Below, one piece after another: positions 11,187 through 26,500 of a DNA stretch of 64,000 bases. The DNA is taken from NCBI GenBank assembly GCA_937625935.1, contig OW569348.1, forward strand, positions 609,396 to 673,395, given 5' to 3'. Every line of letters starts with the position of its first letter. Positions within the stretch are counted from its first letter, which is position 1. The notes under the pieces were generated by a model. That model was not told the origin of the DNA, did no database searches, and saw only the letters and a list, made by a program, of their open reading frames with translations. The position numbers were made by a program, and so were the translations under genes. The stretch comes from Tetramitus jugosus. Taxonomy: Eukaryota; Protista; Heterolobosea.

Positions 11187-12160
11187 CTAGAGTTCAGTTG
11201 ACTCCAGGTACTTTACATGATCATAGGTATTTTGACCTCCAAACTCCTTTTGGACTTGCTTTGGATCCACAAACTGAAACAGTTCAGAATAGTCCTTAAT
11301 GGTCACAATCTTTGATTTGGTGACAGGGTCCAAGAATGGAGTCACAGTAGTCAACAGAGCACTGAATGACCAATTAGGTTTGATGACAAAGCATCGCAAC
11401 ATTCTCTCTGGATACATTTGAATGGTTTCTATAATGTCCTTGAACATGGATAGCTCTAGATTGGAGAAGCCAACATTGGATCCATCACTGTTTCCAGAAC
11501 AAAAAAGTAACACAAACACACGAACACACGAACATGTACAAATAAAGAAATGTGTCAACTACTACTATTCACCTATTGAGTTCAACTCATGAATTGATAG
11601 TCAATCAATTCATGTAGTAAAAATGAATAGTGGATAACATACTAAATAATGACACATTTTCCATCACTGTTATTCTCACTCTTCATCATCAACTTTACAC
11701 CTTCTTCAATCGTATAGTAAGCAAATCGTAGACACTCGTCATAATCTCTCTGTGATGGCAAGTGATACTGTGGTTTCATGACACAGACAGGATGACCCTC
11801 CTTGTCTACACCGCACCAATATGCCTTTTGAGTCCTCATCTCTCTCATGACTTGATTCCCCTGAACAGCAAACGGTCTCTTATCCATTCTCCACTTGACC
11901 CACTTGTCAATAGCTTTCAATGTCTTGTCATTGTCCCATTGATTGGCAATTGCAAATCTACGAATAGAGTCTCTCAACTGTTGTTCATCACAAATGACAA
12001 GGTCATTGGGATCTACTACCAATTGTTGTTGTTGTTGTACTTGTACTTGTGAATTGTTGGTACTGTCAGTGGCAGCAGTAGAAGAAGCATCGATATAGGT
12101 GCTCTTGACAAATTGATAAATTTGGTCAATTAATTGTTGTTGACTACTGGAGAGAGACAT
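11187..12160 (-). CDS. CRAL-TRIO/Sec14 lipid-binding protein; exons 12160-11643, 11487-11187
   Basis: IRRFAIANQW, GVDKEGHPV, spliced CVIIYDG, YPERM, PFLDPVTKSKI, VQKEFGG; intron GTATGT 11642...CAG 11488. Confidence 0.92.
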
Positions 12161-12507
12161 TTTGATACACGTGATGTAGTTGGTTGTTGTTATTGTTGTT
12201 GTTGTTTTGTTATTCTGTGTTGTTTGTTCGCTCGTCGTGTGAAGTTTGTCCAAGGGATTTTTCCATTTTGCGCGGAAATGGACACCCCGTTCTTGGCCTG
12301 GAGTGGAACAATGGGTTGGAATATCTCCTCTTCATTTACGAATGAACCACCAACCCATGCAGTATGTATGGGTTGCTCTGTTTCTGTGCATATTTTGCAT
12401 CCAGATGTGATAGGTTGTCATGCACATAAAGATTGTCAACAAATATCTTCAAACAAAGAATAACAAAAAAACTGATCACCACCGAAAAACAAAAGCAGAT
12501 AAAAAAA

Positions 12508-13454
12508 TGACCAAAGTTCACCAAAGTCGACTCGCACTCGTGAACGACGTGTATCCAAAAGTACAATCATCACACAAGAGTGGTTCCAACACAACGACTC
12601 TTCTCCAATACATCATCTCCCACATTGAACCCACTCTCTCGTCGTCCATTGCATCATCATCACAGTCCACCACCACCACCACCACTACATCACCCACCTC
12701 CACAGCAGCATCAAAATCATCATCATCACCATTATCATCCATCAATGGTGCAAAATCATCTCCAACAACAACAGCAACGACTTGTCAAGATTCATCTCTT
12801 CTCATGATACAAAAATACCTCAATGATATACCGTTGCGACCCAATCAACCACTGTTTACACATTCCAACTCTAGTACAATCATACAGTGTATCATGAATA
12901 AGAATCCAGAGGCACCATTGATTGATATGATACCGAATGAGTGGGATCTCAAGAACAATCGACACTTGTATCAAATGGGATTGCAACCAGGAGAGTTTAC
13001 ACCACAACAGCAACAGAATTCGAGTACTCCTACTACCACCACCTTTTCTACTACTACTACTATTCCATCAGGAACAGCATCAGGAACAACGACGACGACA
13101 CCTCCTACTACTACTACGACCGCAGCAGCTGCTTCATCTTCAACAATGACACCTGCAACAATAACAACAACAGCACATGCACCACCACCACCACCATCTA
13201 CACCAATAATCTCAGATGTTACCATGAAAAAAGACAAATCAAAGAACAAGATTGACAAGTCTCAGATGACAAAGGAAGAACGGAAGCAGAGAAGACAGGA
13301 GAAGCGCATCAAGAGAATGGAGAGAGCTCTGAAAAAGTACATGAGCAGTCAGACGAGTCAGGAGGAGCGCACACAACTGCTCACAAAATATCCAGAGCTC
13401 GTTCAACTGCTCAAGAAGCAACAAGAGATGAACCAACAACAACAGCAACAATAA
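12508..13454 (+). CDS. Low-complexity Thr/Ser/Gln-rich hypothetical protein with basic C-terminal coiled coil
   Basis: Open frame with poly-T/S/P/Q tracts and KEERKQRRQEKRIKR; ATG at 12508 (an upstream ATG at 12420 is also in frame). Confidence 0.65.
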
Positions 13455-13588
13455 TAGGTAGATTGATTGATCAAGTGAAATTCATAATCAGAGTCGACAT
13501 TTGAGATCAAATATGGACATGTCATGAATAAACATGTTTGTCTATTTATTATTATTATTATTATTATGATCAAATTGAGTGAGTGAGA

Positions 13589-14374
13589 TTAATGATGAGC
13601 AGATTCCTGCTGCTTGTTGTGATGCACAGAGAGCACCCATTTCAACACAATGGTCTCTGTGAGGTACACGAGCCAATGAATAGCACAGAAAACAAAGCAA
13701 ACAATCAACCAGTGAGTCATGGAGCGGAATGTGGCTGCTTGTTCAATGGAGCACTTTTGACGCTTGGTCCAATTCTCTGTTGCCATGAACAACAGTAGAA
13801 AAGTGATGAATGTTTGGAAGAAGAATCGAATAATGGATGAACCGTTGGATGAGCATGATCTTGTTGTTGTGGATGACTGCTGTTTTTGATGTTGTTTAGT
13901 AGAGTGTGAATCGGTAGAGGTGGGGTGCTGCAACAGGTTTTTTCTGTATCCAATGAGACTGAATGTCATGTCCAACAACAGCCATATCAATTGGACAAGG
14001 GAGATGAGTCCGACAACCAACACGAATCCGTGCATTCTTTGATAGCGACAAGTGGATCCGACAGAGACATCTCCTGGTGTATTTCTGGCTGGGAACCGAC
14101 CATAGAGAATCAGAGAGTACAGTGATGTGATTGCTGTGCACAGTATGATGAGTGTGTGAGATGAGATGGTGACAGAGGATGCAATTTTTTGTGTGTCATT
14201 CCAAGAGTTGTTTTGGTGATGAGGGTAGTAGGTGTCCTCTTGGGATGATAAATCTTCCTCTTGATTATTGTTGTTGTTGTTGTTTTTGTTGTTGTTGTTG
14301 TGATCTCTATTGTTGTTGTCAGACTGATAGAGTCTCAATGGTGATGATACGTCTTCTGTATCCACTCCAGACAT
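13589..14374 (-). CDS. Four-TM hypothetical membrane protein
   Basis: 261-aa ORF; Asn-rich N-terminus; four hydrophobic segments with a Cys in each predicted outer loop. Confidence 0.65.
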   Translation of the reverse strand: MSGVDTEDVSSPLRLYQSDNNNRDHNNNNKNNNNNNNQEEDLSSQEDTYYPHHQNNSWNDTQKIASSVTISSHTLIILCTAITSLYSLILYGRFPARNTPGDVSVGSTCRYQRMHGFVLVVGLISLVQLIWLLLDMTFSLIGYRKNLLQHPTSTDSHSTKQHQKQQSSTTTRSCSSNGSSIIRFFFQTFITFLLLFMATENWTKRQKCSIEQAATFRSMTHWLIVCFVFCAIHWLVYLTETIVLKWVLSVHHNKQQESAHH

Positions 14375-14527
14375 GTTGATTTTTTACTTTAAGGTTGTTG
14401 TCGTGTTTTATTTGCTGTTTGTTGTTGGCAAAGCAGCGCGGAAAGTATTTTGCGCGGTTTTGTGAGTAACAAGACAGACAAACGTGTTTGGTTGAGCACT
14501 CAAACGACAGCACTGTATGCAACACGT

Positions 14528-17500
14528 TCACAGATTTAAGGAGCACGCAACTCCCTGTAGGATCCAGTGGCTTGGGTGCTCTTCTGTATCTAAATCCACT
14601 TCGAACACAACACTGGACGCGCCACTCTGATTTCTGTCAGAGGTCACGTAAACTGGTGCCTTGAATGTATTCTGCAACTTGGCTCTACTATTTTCCACCG
14701 GTACAACGAGCATGACAGGCAACTCTTCAATCAGAATCTTTGGCTTTTGTTTTGCCAAGCGTGATTCCTCATGATTCCAAGAAGCTCCCTCAAGGTACAA
14801 TCCTTGAATATAACAGCCGTCATCCGGCTTTTGAGTAATCGACGACGCATGTACAAACTTTGTCACAGTGGATGACAGGGTCGTACGATCTAAGGGCCAC
14901 TTGTACTTTTTGCAAGTTGTTTGAATTAGTGCGGTTAAATATGATTCTGGAATGTGCAGGCCAGCAAGCCACATTACCACAGGATCTTCGCCAGTGTTGA
15001 TCCATTGATTATACTGCTCATATCTTCTCTGGAAATGAGTCAACCAATTTGGTAGATTCAATTTAGTTTGAGGAATCATTTCGAACCACATTTCTGGCAA
15101 TACACCCTTGAATAGGGCGATAGACAATTCCTCTAGCTTACTGCTCATACCAATTTCACCAATCAGTGCTCGTTTCAGATTAATGAGAGATGATTTCATT
15201 ACTTGTAGCAAGTTGTTCCATCTCTCGACTTCCTGTAACAACACAACATCTATTGGTGTTGGCTTTGGTTTCCTTTCTTGTAACGCTAATCGGTTAAAGG
15301 GTTCTGGGATCATATTCAAGATGTTGTTTGCTACCTGAGTTATGTAATCTTCGCGACCACCACCGCTTGAGGACGACGCCGAGTTCATTTGTAGTTCAAT
15401 AACATTCGACCAGAGATTTTCACTTGATATTGTCAGATATCCAATTTCTGCATTGGCATGCAGACCGAATACTTCTGGAGAATTTTCTAGAGAAATGTTT
15501 CGTTCAATGTAAGCAATATACTTTTGTTGACTCATTGGCTCACCTTCACTATCAAAGAATGGCGGGATATGATAGTCCACAAGACTCGTCTTGAAGAAAT
15601 GGAACGGTTGGAAACTGTCAAATAGGAAGTCGCCCATATACTCGTTCAGGTATGTTGTGAGAATTCTGCGGTCATAAACATCAGTTACACGACCACCATA
15701 CATGGCTTCTCCCACTAAATACTTAAGACTATCCCATGGCACTGGGTCATTAAACATACTTGCCTTATCTAAATAAGTCTGCATTAAGCTGAAACTAACA
15801 TCAAAGTCCGATCTATTAAAATCGTAAGGAACATTCCAACCTATTTTGCCATACTTTCTTCTCTCCTGAATCACCGCATGGAAGAAGGAGAGAACATATA
15901 CGAGAGATCTAAAGGCATCATGAGAACAGTGGTTCAATTGATCGTCTGTAATGGTTGAGTAGGTAGTCTTCATATTTAACTGTAAGGAGTTAGGTGGTTC
16001 GGTTACTACCTTCAAGGATCTTTGCAGAATACCGAGAGGGAATTCAGGAGTTACTTCTGTTGTTAGCCATAATCGGAATTCACTATTGACTTTATCCTTT
16101 GTCATTTTCTCGAGCATCTTCTCCAACTCTTTCATCCATTTCACCAGTAGATGACAATTTTGTAATAGTACCCAATGGCCTTTTTGAATTCCCTTCTCGA
16201 GAAGGGCACGAGCCTTTTCATCTTGACCATCACCAAGAGATATGTACTTGCACATCTTCTGTTCTGTTTCAGCAAGCTTTAAAATTTCACTTGCCGGATC
16301 ATAGCCAGGACTAATCATGCATACAATTGGAGACATTTCGCTACTCTGTTCAAAAATTGGTTTGTACTCTAGTACAGGGGACTTAACAAAGTGATCTGTT
16401 TTCATTTGTACTGCAATAAATCTGGTAACTGCTCTGACAATTCTATCGACTCTAAAACACTTAAGAAGGCATAGGTACTGCATTGATGTAAGCTTCTCAC
16501 TATATCCGCAGGGCAATTGTACACTTTCAGGCATTTCCAAATCGTACCACTTCTTCCAAACGGTGCTGTTCTGTTCTATGTCCGATAGGATCGACGTAAA
16601 AGCAGGATGTAGGGTTTGAATTTTTATCAGATTCTTCCATCCTTGATCTGATATCCAATTATACTTGTTCACTTGTTCGACTTCGCCTAGTGATGTATTG
16701 CCCTTCAAAAAGAAATCTAATTCTTGTTCAACGATTTTTCCTTCACCCTCCATTATTTTTAATGTCATTTGGAGGCTAAAGGAGAGTTTGTGTCGTTCGA
16801 ATAGTCCTGTACATGTATACGTATAAGCAGCTTTTGTTAGATAATCAATGATATTTTCTAACCGTCCATCAAGAACCTTTGATTCCTCACTTCTTTCAAG
16901 AGATGTTTTGAATACATCATCGGTATACGAAGCAAGAGAATATTCATACATGGAGTTAATGTTGGATAAACTGGCCATCACAAAGTACAAGATCGAGCCT
17001 CTCTTTGCCACTGACTTATAGGCATCTCTCGCTTTAGTGTTTTCCTTCTTATTGTGTTCGGCTTGAGTAAGTTTCGTATTAATTTCAGTAACTTTGGTCT
17101 TTGTTTCTTCGAGTGTCTTGATGAGATCTACATTATCAATAAGAGGTACTTTGACTGCTGCTTCCTTATTGTAGTTGAGTTCATGCAGGATCTTGTCTTC
17201 AAGTCTCTGTAACAGAGTTTTGTTTTCACTCATTGTGTATACCAATTCTTGTCTGGCTTGTTCCAAATCCGGTCTATCATGGTTTACCACAGCATTCAAC
17301 AATTGTTCTCTCAACCCTTGGTCAGTAACTGTATAGTTAACGATAGTAGTTTTACCTGATACTTCTGGTGAGTAGTGAGGATTGGACAACTTTGTGCATA
17401 GATACAACCTGAAGTTATCATCTACTTCTATCTCTTCATCCCCGAGTCTTATAACTCTATTTTTTCCAAACACAGGCATAGCTAGGATTGGATCAATGAC

Positions 17501-20500
17501 GGAGTCAATATACTCATCCACATTCTCCAGGAGGAACGATTGACCAAATTTAATAGCTTTCTCAAGCTGTTTCAGGAAATCATCATCATCGAATGTTCGA
17601 ACGATCAAATCCTTTTCCTTGTTTTTAATCCACTTGACAGCTTGCAATTGTGGATCGATACAAAGTGGGAACCTGCTGGCATGAGCAGTCAAAATACCAT
17701 TCTGAATTGAGATCCGATCAGATGGCAATCCTTCATAGGCCCATTGAGATTTCTGTACATCGCTCGTGAGTATCTTCTCAACATCAAACGGTGCTGATGT
17801 TGGAATGTCGAGAGATCTAATATCTTCTAGCCATACTTTATCAACCATTCGTTCTCTGAAATCTACTGTAAAAGCACCTGTATAGCTCAAAAATGAGGCT
17901 GAGATCAAGCAATCTCCAATTAAATTATTTCTCTCTTGTAAAAGACTCTCTATTTGTTGTCCCCAACGTATTCTTTCGGATCCTAAGCCATCAATCAACT
18001 TATTGGCAGCATTTAATTTACTCTCCATCGTCTGTGCTTCTTCCTTCAGTTTTTTAGCTTCTTTCTCTTTGAGTTCGAATTCTTCCTTCAGTGTTGTTAT
18101 TGAGCTTTCGAGCTTGGAAACCGTCGTCTTTAAGTCTGCTAACTGTTCTCTCTTTTCGTTTACAACTCTCTCTGCTCTTTCAGCTTCTTTCTTAATTGGA
18201 TCAACTGCCTTCAATGTTTTGTAATAGATTCTCATGGCATCAATCCATACAAGCATACCAGCAGCGGCTGTGGATTTCTGTTTCAATTCAGTTGGCGTAA
18301 AATTTCCTGAGTATTTTTTAAATATTTTGCTGATTCTGCCCATTTTGAAACTGTTCAGTTTTGATTTGTCGTACCTCTTTAAACTCTGGATAAATGATGG
18401 ATCTGTCATTAATTGCCTGGCAGCAGCCCATGTTGGTTCGATATTTCTTTTATCATCAGAAAGGAGGATAACCAAGCAAGCACCAACATCCTTGACGACA
18501 TCAGTGGGATTATTGAACGTTCTCAAAATAACGATATCATTTGGATCAAGTTGTTCAAGACCCTTCTCCGCTTTTATCAACTCTGGTTCTGCTTTCTCTA
18601 ATTCCTGAGTAATTTTCTCTTGTTCCACTTTGATTTTCTCATACTCCTGTCCAATTTCAATTTCTTTCTCTTCAGCAATCTTCTTCTGACTGAGAGCTTC
18701 AACTGTGTTTTGACTGATTAGCTTGAGCAAGCGATTATTTTCCACTGTGTTCTTATGAACAATCGCCTTAGCTTCCTTCAACGTTTTACTCATTTCTTCA
18801 ACTTGCTCCTTGCCCTCTCTGAGTTGATCCAACCCTCCTTCAAGTTTACTTCTCAAATCGTCGACTCTCTTTCTATTCTCTACCAACAATCTTCTGTACA
18901 TGAATACATAATCCAAATAATTCTTCGGCGTTACATAATTGTATCTTCGTACTTTTTCTAAAAATTCCTTTGAAAAGTCATTCACTGAGAGATGAACTTT
19001 CACCATGTGTTGTATGATTTTTGGGAGCATTTCTGCAGGGAGATCCTCCTGTGAAAGGAATCTTGAGGCAACTTCTTCGAGTGCCTGAGCAGGCCATGGT
19101 GTGAACCAATCTATTGTGGTGTTGTTAACAATTCCGGGGAAGTTCCGACATCGTAAGCGTAATGTGTTTCCAGCGGGAGACATAGCCAGAACAACATGGA
19201 GATTATCTCGACACTTGTTCACAAAGTAGCTCCAACAATTTTCTCTCGTTTCTGTGATTCCTCTTTCTTTCACCTCCTTCATTATGGCTTGTATGAGTGG
19301 ATCCTTTTCGTCATCAGAGAACAGCGCCGGAACCATTCCGGATGTCAGCATATTATTGATGTATTCAAGGAATCCAGATTCCACCACATGCGCATCTGTA
19401 AATAGGAATACTATTTGCTGACCATCAACACCAAGTTTTGAGTAGAGAAGCTTGAGATCATCTCTAAAATGAGAATCACTATATGTTCTTGTTAAGGTGA
19501 TTTCAAACACTTGGTAACCTGCTGTGTATGCTGCCAAACGCGTAAGACTTTGCTTACCACTACCGCCAACCCCAACGAGTAATGCGTGACCTCTATGCAT
19601 ACGTATGATTCGATGTATTCTCGTTAAATGTTCCAATGCGTCTTCAAACATGACCAAATTCATTTGTTTTTCGTGTGCTTGATTATACATGTTTAATGTA
19701 TGTTCGATAATCGGCTTGATCTTCTCATAATTATCTAAATCCTCATACAATCTGAGCGAGTCTGGTTCGTGTATATCGAGGAAATCTCCAAATAATAAGG
19801 GATCTTGCAATGTATCTTCTGCAAAGGATTCGAAATGCTGCTGCAATAATTCTCTTATCGAATCTATGACAAAACTCTTATCTTCAGTCGTAATTAGTCT
19901 GTCATGGAACACTCGCATACATTCATTTCTCCATAGACGCATAAACTGCTGTGGAACTTGGAACCTATCAAGTGTTGATAAACAAAGACCTTCATACACT
20001 CGACTCAAATCTCTCAGATTAAAGACATAATGGAATTTTGACGGTGTTGGTGGTAGCTTTTGAACTATCAAATGATAGAGTTGGAGTGTAATGTCAGTTA
20101 TTCTCTGTCCAGTGATCCGTATATCGTCATTGAAATTCTCCAAATGAGAAGAGATTATTGTTGAATAAATCTTCCTCAGGGAGTCCTGAGAGGGAAATGA
20201 AATGTTAATAATTGAGAACTTGGAAAGAAATCGAGGATCGACAGAGTTTCGTCCACCACCTGGAGGGGCCATTGCTGCAATGAATTGAAGATCTTTAACC
20301 TTTTTGAAATCTAAACTTTTTTTGCCACGTTCATAAAAACCTTTCAATTCGAGAAGTAGCTTCAGGAGAGCAATGGGCTGTTGAGTGCCATATTGATCAA
20401 CAATAGGCATATTTAGTTCATCGACAAATACATTTAACCTCTTGCTGTTAAAAGGCGCATACGTATCGATCTTTTTCTCCAAATTATCTTCCAAAGTTCT

Positions 20501-23500
20501 TTGAGTATCGAGACTCGATGTTCGACTCGAGAAATTGATGAAGAGATTGTTGAAAGAATCTGGTTTTTCGGAGACTATTTGCTTTAAGTAATTCTGAATA
20601 ATGACAGTCTTTGCAGTTCCTGATGCTCCAACAAACACGACTGGCTCTTGGATGGTGAGCAACGAGTTCAGTAGGTGAGTGTATCTAACTGTGTCTATTG
20701 TCGGAACAATCAAATTGGAGAATTTCTCGTCAGGTGATTTGACAAAGTCAGGTACCGCTGCGATCCAAGGTTTCCATTGATGTTGTACGAGATCATAAAA
20801 ATATTCATAGATTGTTAACCTGTTAGGTAGACATCCAGCTGGAATGAATTTCTCGACAAGACTCTCTCCATTGTCTACGAGTGTCCATTTACTCGCCTTT
20901 TTGATGAAATCATCAAAGCGAGCTCGGTCAGAATCAAGAAGAGCTCCGCCAACAGACCATGTGAGAGCATACAAGAAAATACATTCTATTTCTCGTTCAT
21001 CTGAGACATCAGATTCGATAGGACGCCAAATACTTTCTAAAACTGTGCATAGTTGCTTCGCTAGTGTCATTGGTGTCATGGGTACGCAGGTTTTTAGTTT
21101 CTTGGAAATGGTTCCATCCGCTTGCTGACCCTTTAGAACGAAATTGATACACTTTGCTAGATATTTCTCAAAAAGCTTAGAGAGAATTTCTCTACGATCT
21201 TCATTCATAGTGGGGCTGACTTGTAACCAGCGTTGAACATATGGATCATATCCTAAATTTTTCGGATCTACATAAACCATTCCACATCTACTGACTGTAG
21301 CAGGGCTAGCATATCTCAAGTCTCCAACTTCAAATAACAGAGAACATTGGGGAGTGTTGAGAGTAATACGTTCATTATTAGGGAGTGTCAAAATTTTGTT
21401 GTCGTCCATAACAGAGTTCATATTTTCGATCCAATGGGCATCCACATCGCCGTCAAAAACAATATATCTTCGCTCCTCTCCTTTTTCAGCTTTCTTATTC
21501 ATTTCTCTGAAAATACTCGATAATAGACCATCAGTCCAGTCTCGGGTATCTTTGTCTAATACGCCATATAACTCTGCGGTCGATTGAGCTTTGGGATTGA
21601 TAATATACACTTTAGTTGGGAGTTTAAGGGCCCTCTGGGCGTTAACAAGGGTTTGAATCACCACTGATTTGCCTCCACATGTGCCACCAACGACCATAAC
21701 ACTGTGTCTCGTGTCCATGGTTTCATACAACTCCACAACCTTATGGACTTGATGTTCATCATCGTCAATATAAAAGTTATTCTTGCGCAAGTCTTCTTCA
21801 ATCGCCTTCTTGAGAGCCGGATATGCTTGTTTTTCGTAATGAACGTTCACAAATAAATCATTAAGAAGATCTGCGAATAAGGGAGTGTCCTCATAGACAA
21901 ATTTAGGAGCATTCATATCGTGAAGTGCTCTCATCAACAATTCCTCCTCATTTCTTCTTGGGTCTGAACGCTTTAATCGGCCTGCCATCACTAGCACAGC
22001 CTTCAGAGCTCGAAGACCCCAATCATAATGGTTTTGTTTTGATAATTGACCCTTGGCAAGACTGTACAGCTTTGTCATTTTACGAGCTAGTACACGAGCA
22101 CTATTATATCCTTCAGATAATAGCATAATTTCACAAATAATTTCCATGTCCGGTACGACCATGACGCAAGGCCGGAACAATGATTTTAAGTTATCGGGTA
22201 ATTCGACTCTTCCTGCATAACCAGGATTCATGGTAATAAATATACCAATCTTTGGATCGAGATTGATATCAGACTCTTCAAATCGGAATCTAGAGAGTCC
22301 AGCTTTCAGCGCACCCTGAATGTCTCTAATCTGAGTAGAGACAACAGAGAGAACTGGCAGTTCAATTCTGTTGAACTCATCGAAGCAACCCCAGGCCCCA
22401 GATTGACACAGACCAGAGAAAATCGTGTGCATCGCCTGATAGCCCAGACCATCACCACAATTGAACACAACACACATAATGGCCATACTCTTTGCTAAAT
22501 CCTTCACAGATTCCGTTTTGCCTGTACCTGCAGGACCTGATGGCGATCCTCCGAGATTGAAGGTCAACGCCTGTGTTAGTGTCATAAAACATCGATCAGT
22601 CAAGGGTGTGATGACAAGTCGACCATTTAGTCCCATATACTCATAACCATACTCAAACTCACCGGTGCACTGACGAATTCGAAGGTCATCGTGTTGTTTG
22701 TCCCAATAGAAGCGCAGTTGACTCTCCCATTCAAATTCTCTTTCGTCTAGGATACTATCTCGCACCAAGTTATCCACAATATCTCTCGCATGAACATCTA
22801 CAATGATTAAGGTTCGAAGCTTATCTTGAGTAATGACATCTTGAGGCGAGCGGACTTCATCTACGAGGTTATTAAGTTGATTTGTTAGTTTCTGTGCGAG
22901 TGTTTTGACTGCCATCTTTTCTCCTTTCTTAACACGACGGAAGGAGTCCTCCACCTCCCAAGTCCACCAAATTTGACTACCAGCGAGAGTTATCATACCG
23001 AGTTGATCTTTTATCCATTGAATTCGTGGTTTTTTAGGATAATAGAAGACTCCTTGTTTAGTTTTTGTTTTCAATGTCCTCCTCATTTCATCCTTTACAT
23101 GATTCAACCATTTCTCAACAGGTCCTTCGGCGGGCACTGGTGTATGGAAATGATATGATTCTCTCTCTTTTGACATCATACCAATGATTAAATTGGTTCC
23201 GTCTTTGAATAATAATTCCTCGCAATTTTCAAACATGTTTTGCATGTACTTTTGAACACTTGTCGTCCCAGAACCACCTAAAATCTCCAATAACTCGTCA
23301 TCAGAGATGAAGAAGAATCGAGGGAAGGCATTTCGCTTAGTCTCTAAATAATTGGAAAGTCCCTTCTGACATTCGTTTAGTCTTCTCTCCAAACTCTTGA
23401 GCATGTTCAACCGTCCATCATGGAGACAAGCCTCAAGAACGTTTCTTTTCTTGGCTGTTTCGTTCATGATCTTTGCCCAATCCTCATCAATCTTATCAAA

Positions 23501-26500
23501 TGCTTCAGCTTGTTTTGCTAACTGTTCCCTGATGTCATCAGAGCCTATGAATATAATTTCAAGATACATCCAACTACGTTGTACCTCCATCCATAATTCG
23601 ATCACTTCATCAACCGTAGATAGATTATTTTCCCATGTTTGAAGTTCGTTCAAAAACGGTAGTACATATTTTGAGCCGGATACACCACTCAAGCTTGTTG
23701 TATCCTCTTCTAATTGTTCCTTGATACTATCGATTGAAGTAAGTACATATCCCCTATCGGTCGTATCTCTCATGTGTTTTTTCACTGTGAATTTTTGATT
23801 TTTCCAATGTTCTCGGATGTCTTTGAACAGTTGTTCGATATTCAATTCCTTCTTAGCTCCACTATGAATTTCGGCAATGATGTTTGAATATCGGTACAGA
23901 TTCATCTCGATGAGGTTCTTCAGTGTAAAGGAAGTAGGATTAAGATCAATCTTGACCCCTGTTTCTTGCATTAATGCCTCCCAATGTCTCGTGCGTAAGG
24001 CATCACTTTTTAAATGAGTAAATAATGGGAGAGATTCTTTGAACGAATTAACTTTTTGTACCACAGCCTTATGGCCTGGTGTGGATTGAAGCTCCACAGA
24101 GAATTCCTTTCGATTCATTAGTAATACGGCAAAATTTTGAGTTGTTTTTTTCATATCTTCCAGATTGATCTCTGACCACAAGGTTTGGGACCATTTAGCT
24201 ACATTCTTTTGCCACTCCGAAAAGACTTCGTATATCTTTCCGACACTTGTCATCTCTGATTCTAATTCTGATAATTCGGGGAATGATGAAATCGGAAGAT
24301 TAAACAACTTTTCAGACAGAACTAAGTAATCTCTCTGTTGTCTCATCTCATCCATTTTTTCTTTCAAAATCTCTATCAGAACGAGCCCTTTCTCCAACTC
24401 AATGTTAGGATTCCCAGGACCTTCCCTAAACTTTTGTTTTATCTCCTTGATCTCTTTCTGAAAATCTTCCACCCTTTTTTGTGTTTCTTTGGTGAAACTC
24501 AGCTTCTGTGGAATGAGTTTCTTATCAATCGCAGCTGCTTCCTTGAGAAGAGTGTCCCATTTTGCACTAATGCAGTTTGCTTGAGCTCGCTCCTCCTCTA
24601 TCACTGTTACATTGTATGTATCAAGCGTGTAATAACAATCCTCTATTTCTCTACAATCACGCTCTATGTTAACTGAGCGAGTTCGAGCATCGTCTATAGT
24701 TCGCAAAATTTTCCGCAAATCATCTATTGTATGGATCTCTTGATGCAACTCCACATGTAGCTGATCAATTTGTTCGTTGACCTTATTCAATTTAGGGCGG
24801 ATATTATCGTTCAATAGTTTTCCTAGGGCTGCCGTCCATTTCTTAGCTTCTTCTTCGATCGATTTTAAGAGAGATTGATAATCTATCCTAATAAAATCAT
24901 ATATTTTTTCTTGTTTCATGTGTAGCTGTATATCCTTGATCAGCTTTGAATATTCTTCGAACTTACTATCATACTGGTCCCACTTTGGATTCTTGGAGGC
25001 AAATTTTTCAATTGCCATCTCTTTTGGCAACTTCCAGTACACTTCAAATTCAGTGAAACGACCAATATACTTTTCGACAGCTCGAAGTGTGTTGTTAACA
25101 CCATTCTCTATTGCTTCTTGAATATTACGAACAGCAGGCATTTGTGCTATGTCGTTATAAAAGGAAAAATTATTCCGAGATATGTTCAATCTTTCTTGAT
25201 CAGATTTGATGTCAACTCCTCTAATATCGTTCTCTGAAACTTCGACACAAGTGTTCCTCATCCATCTTTTGAACTCTTTAGTACTTTCAATAATATTTTG
25301 AACAATCTTATTGATCATAACCCGAATCTTTTCTGTATCAGGACTGATCACTATTGTCGTATGGACCAATGATGCAGTCACCTTAAATATTGGAGGTCTT
25401 TTCTTGTAACTTCGCTTCTTGTCTTTGCTGGAACGAATATTGAGAAAATCCCGTAGGGTATTAATACTAGTAACAACCATCGTAAGAAGGGCTCGGAAAA
25501 CTTTCTGTTCCCAATATCGATAGTATTCTTTGAGTAGCTCTTGTTTTCCATTAACCTCCTGTGAGTGAGTAATAACGGATGATTGGACTAAGTCTCCCTC
25601 AATCTTAAGCAAAGTCTGGCTAATTGTCCGATACTTCTTTAAGAGTCCCACTAATTGTTGATTCTTGTACTCATCAATCAATTCATACAAACGTTCTAAA
25701 CTGAGAATACTACCCTCCTCTATGTAAGCGTCATGCACAAGTGGAGTTGTTCTGATCTGGGAAACCAAAGTTTTGATTTGGCTCGCATTCTTTTGCACCT
25801 TCTTGACGGTAGCCTGAAAATCTGAGATGTCCGTGTTGCATTTACGTATAAATTCATCAATTCCCAAAGAATTCCAGTTCAACACAGAAAACCCTGGTTC
25901 CAGCGTTTTTTTCAGTTTTAGTATTCTTGGTGCTAAAACTTTCATTTCGGCTTTGTCAAGAGCAAGCAATGCTTGCTCGTACGTTGCAAGCATTGTTTTC
26001 AAATTTTCGATATATCCATGATATTTCTCCTCCTGCAAAGTCACATTGAGTGCAATTTCTGGGACTTGTTTCCCGAGTTTGTTGAGATATTTTGTTTCTT
26101 GCATGAGAAGTAGCAATTCAGGATGAAAGTTCACCCATTGCTTTGTGATCTCCAAAGTTGCATTTTTTTCTTTTGTTTTTTCTCGTTTGAGGACACTCTC
26201 TTTGAGATAAATGTTTGTGTGTTGATTCACATCCAATGCCCATTTCTTAAATTCGCTATCCTCGTATTCTTTGATCGCTTTTGCGTATTGTAAACTCTTC
26301 TCCTTGATCTCCTTTCCTTTCTCTGACGATAACATTCCTGGTGATGTTAAAAATAATGACATAGGTTTCTTGATTCTCTGGAACAAGGAGTCTGACCAAT
26401 AGATAGCACCAGCTACTGGAGGCAAATTTTTGGTCTTGGGAGGATTCGTCTTTTCTGACTTGAATATTTGAAATATAGCATCAATCTCTTCTCCATACCT

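Noticed and set aside
12508-12850. Faint resemblance to a TERT TEN-domain start (VYPKVQ...TLLQYI)
   Set aside because: No TRBD or RT motifs follow and the similarity is too short.
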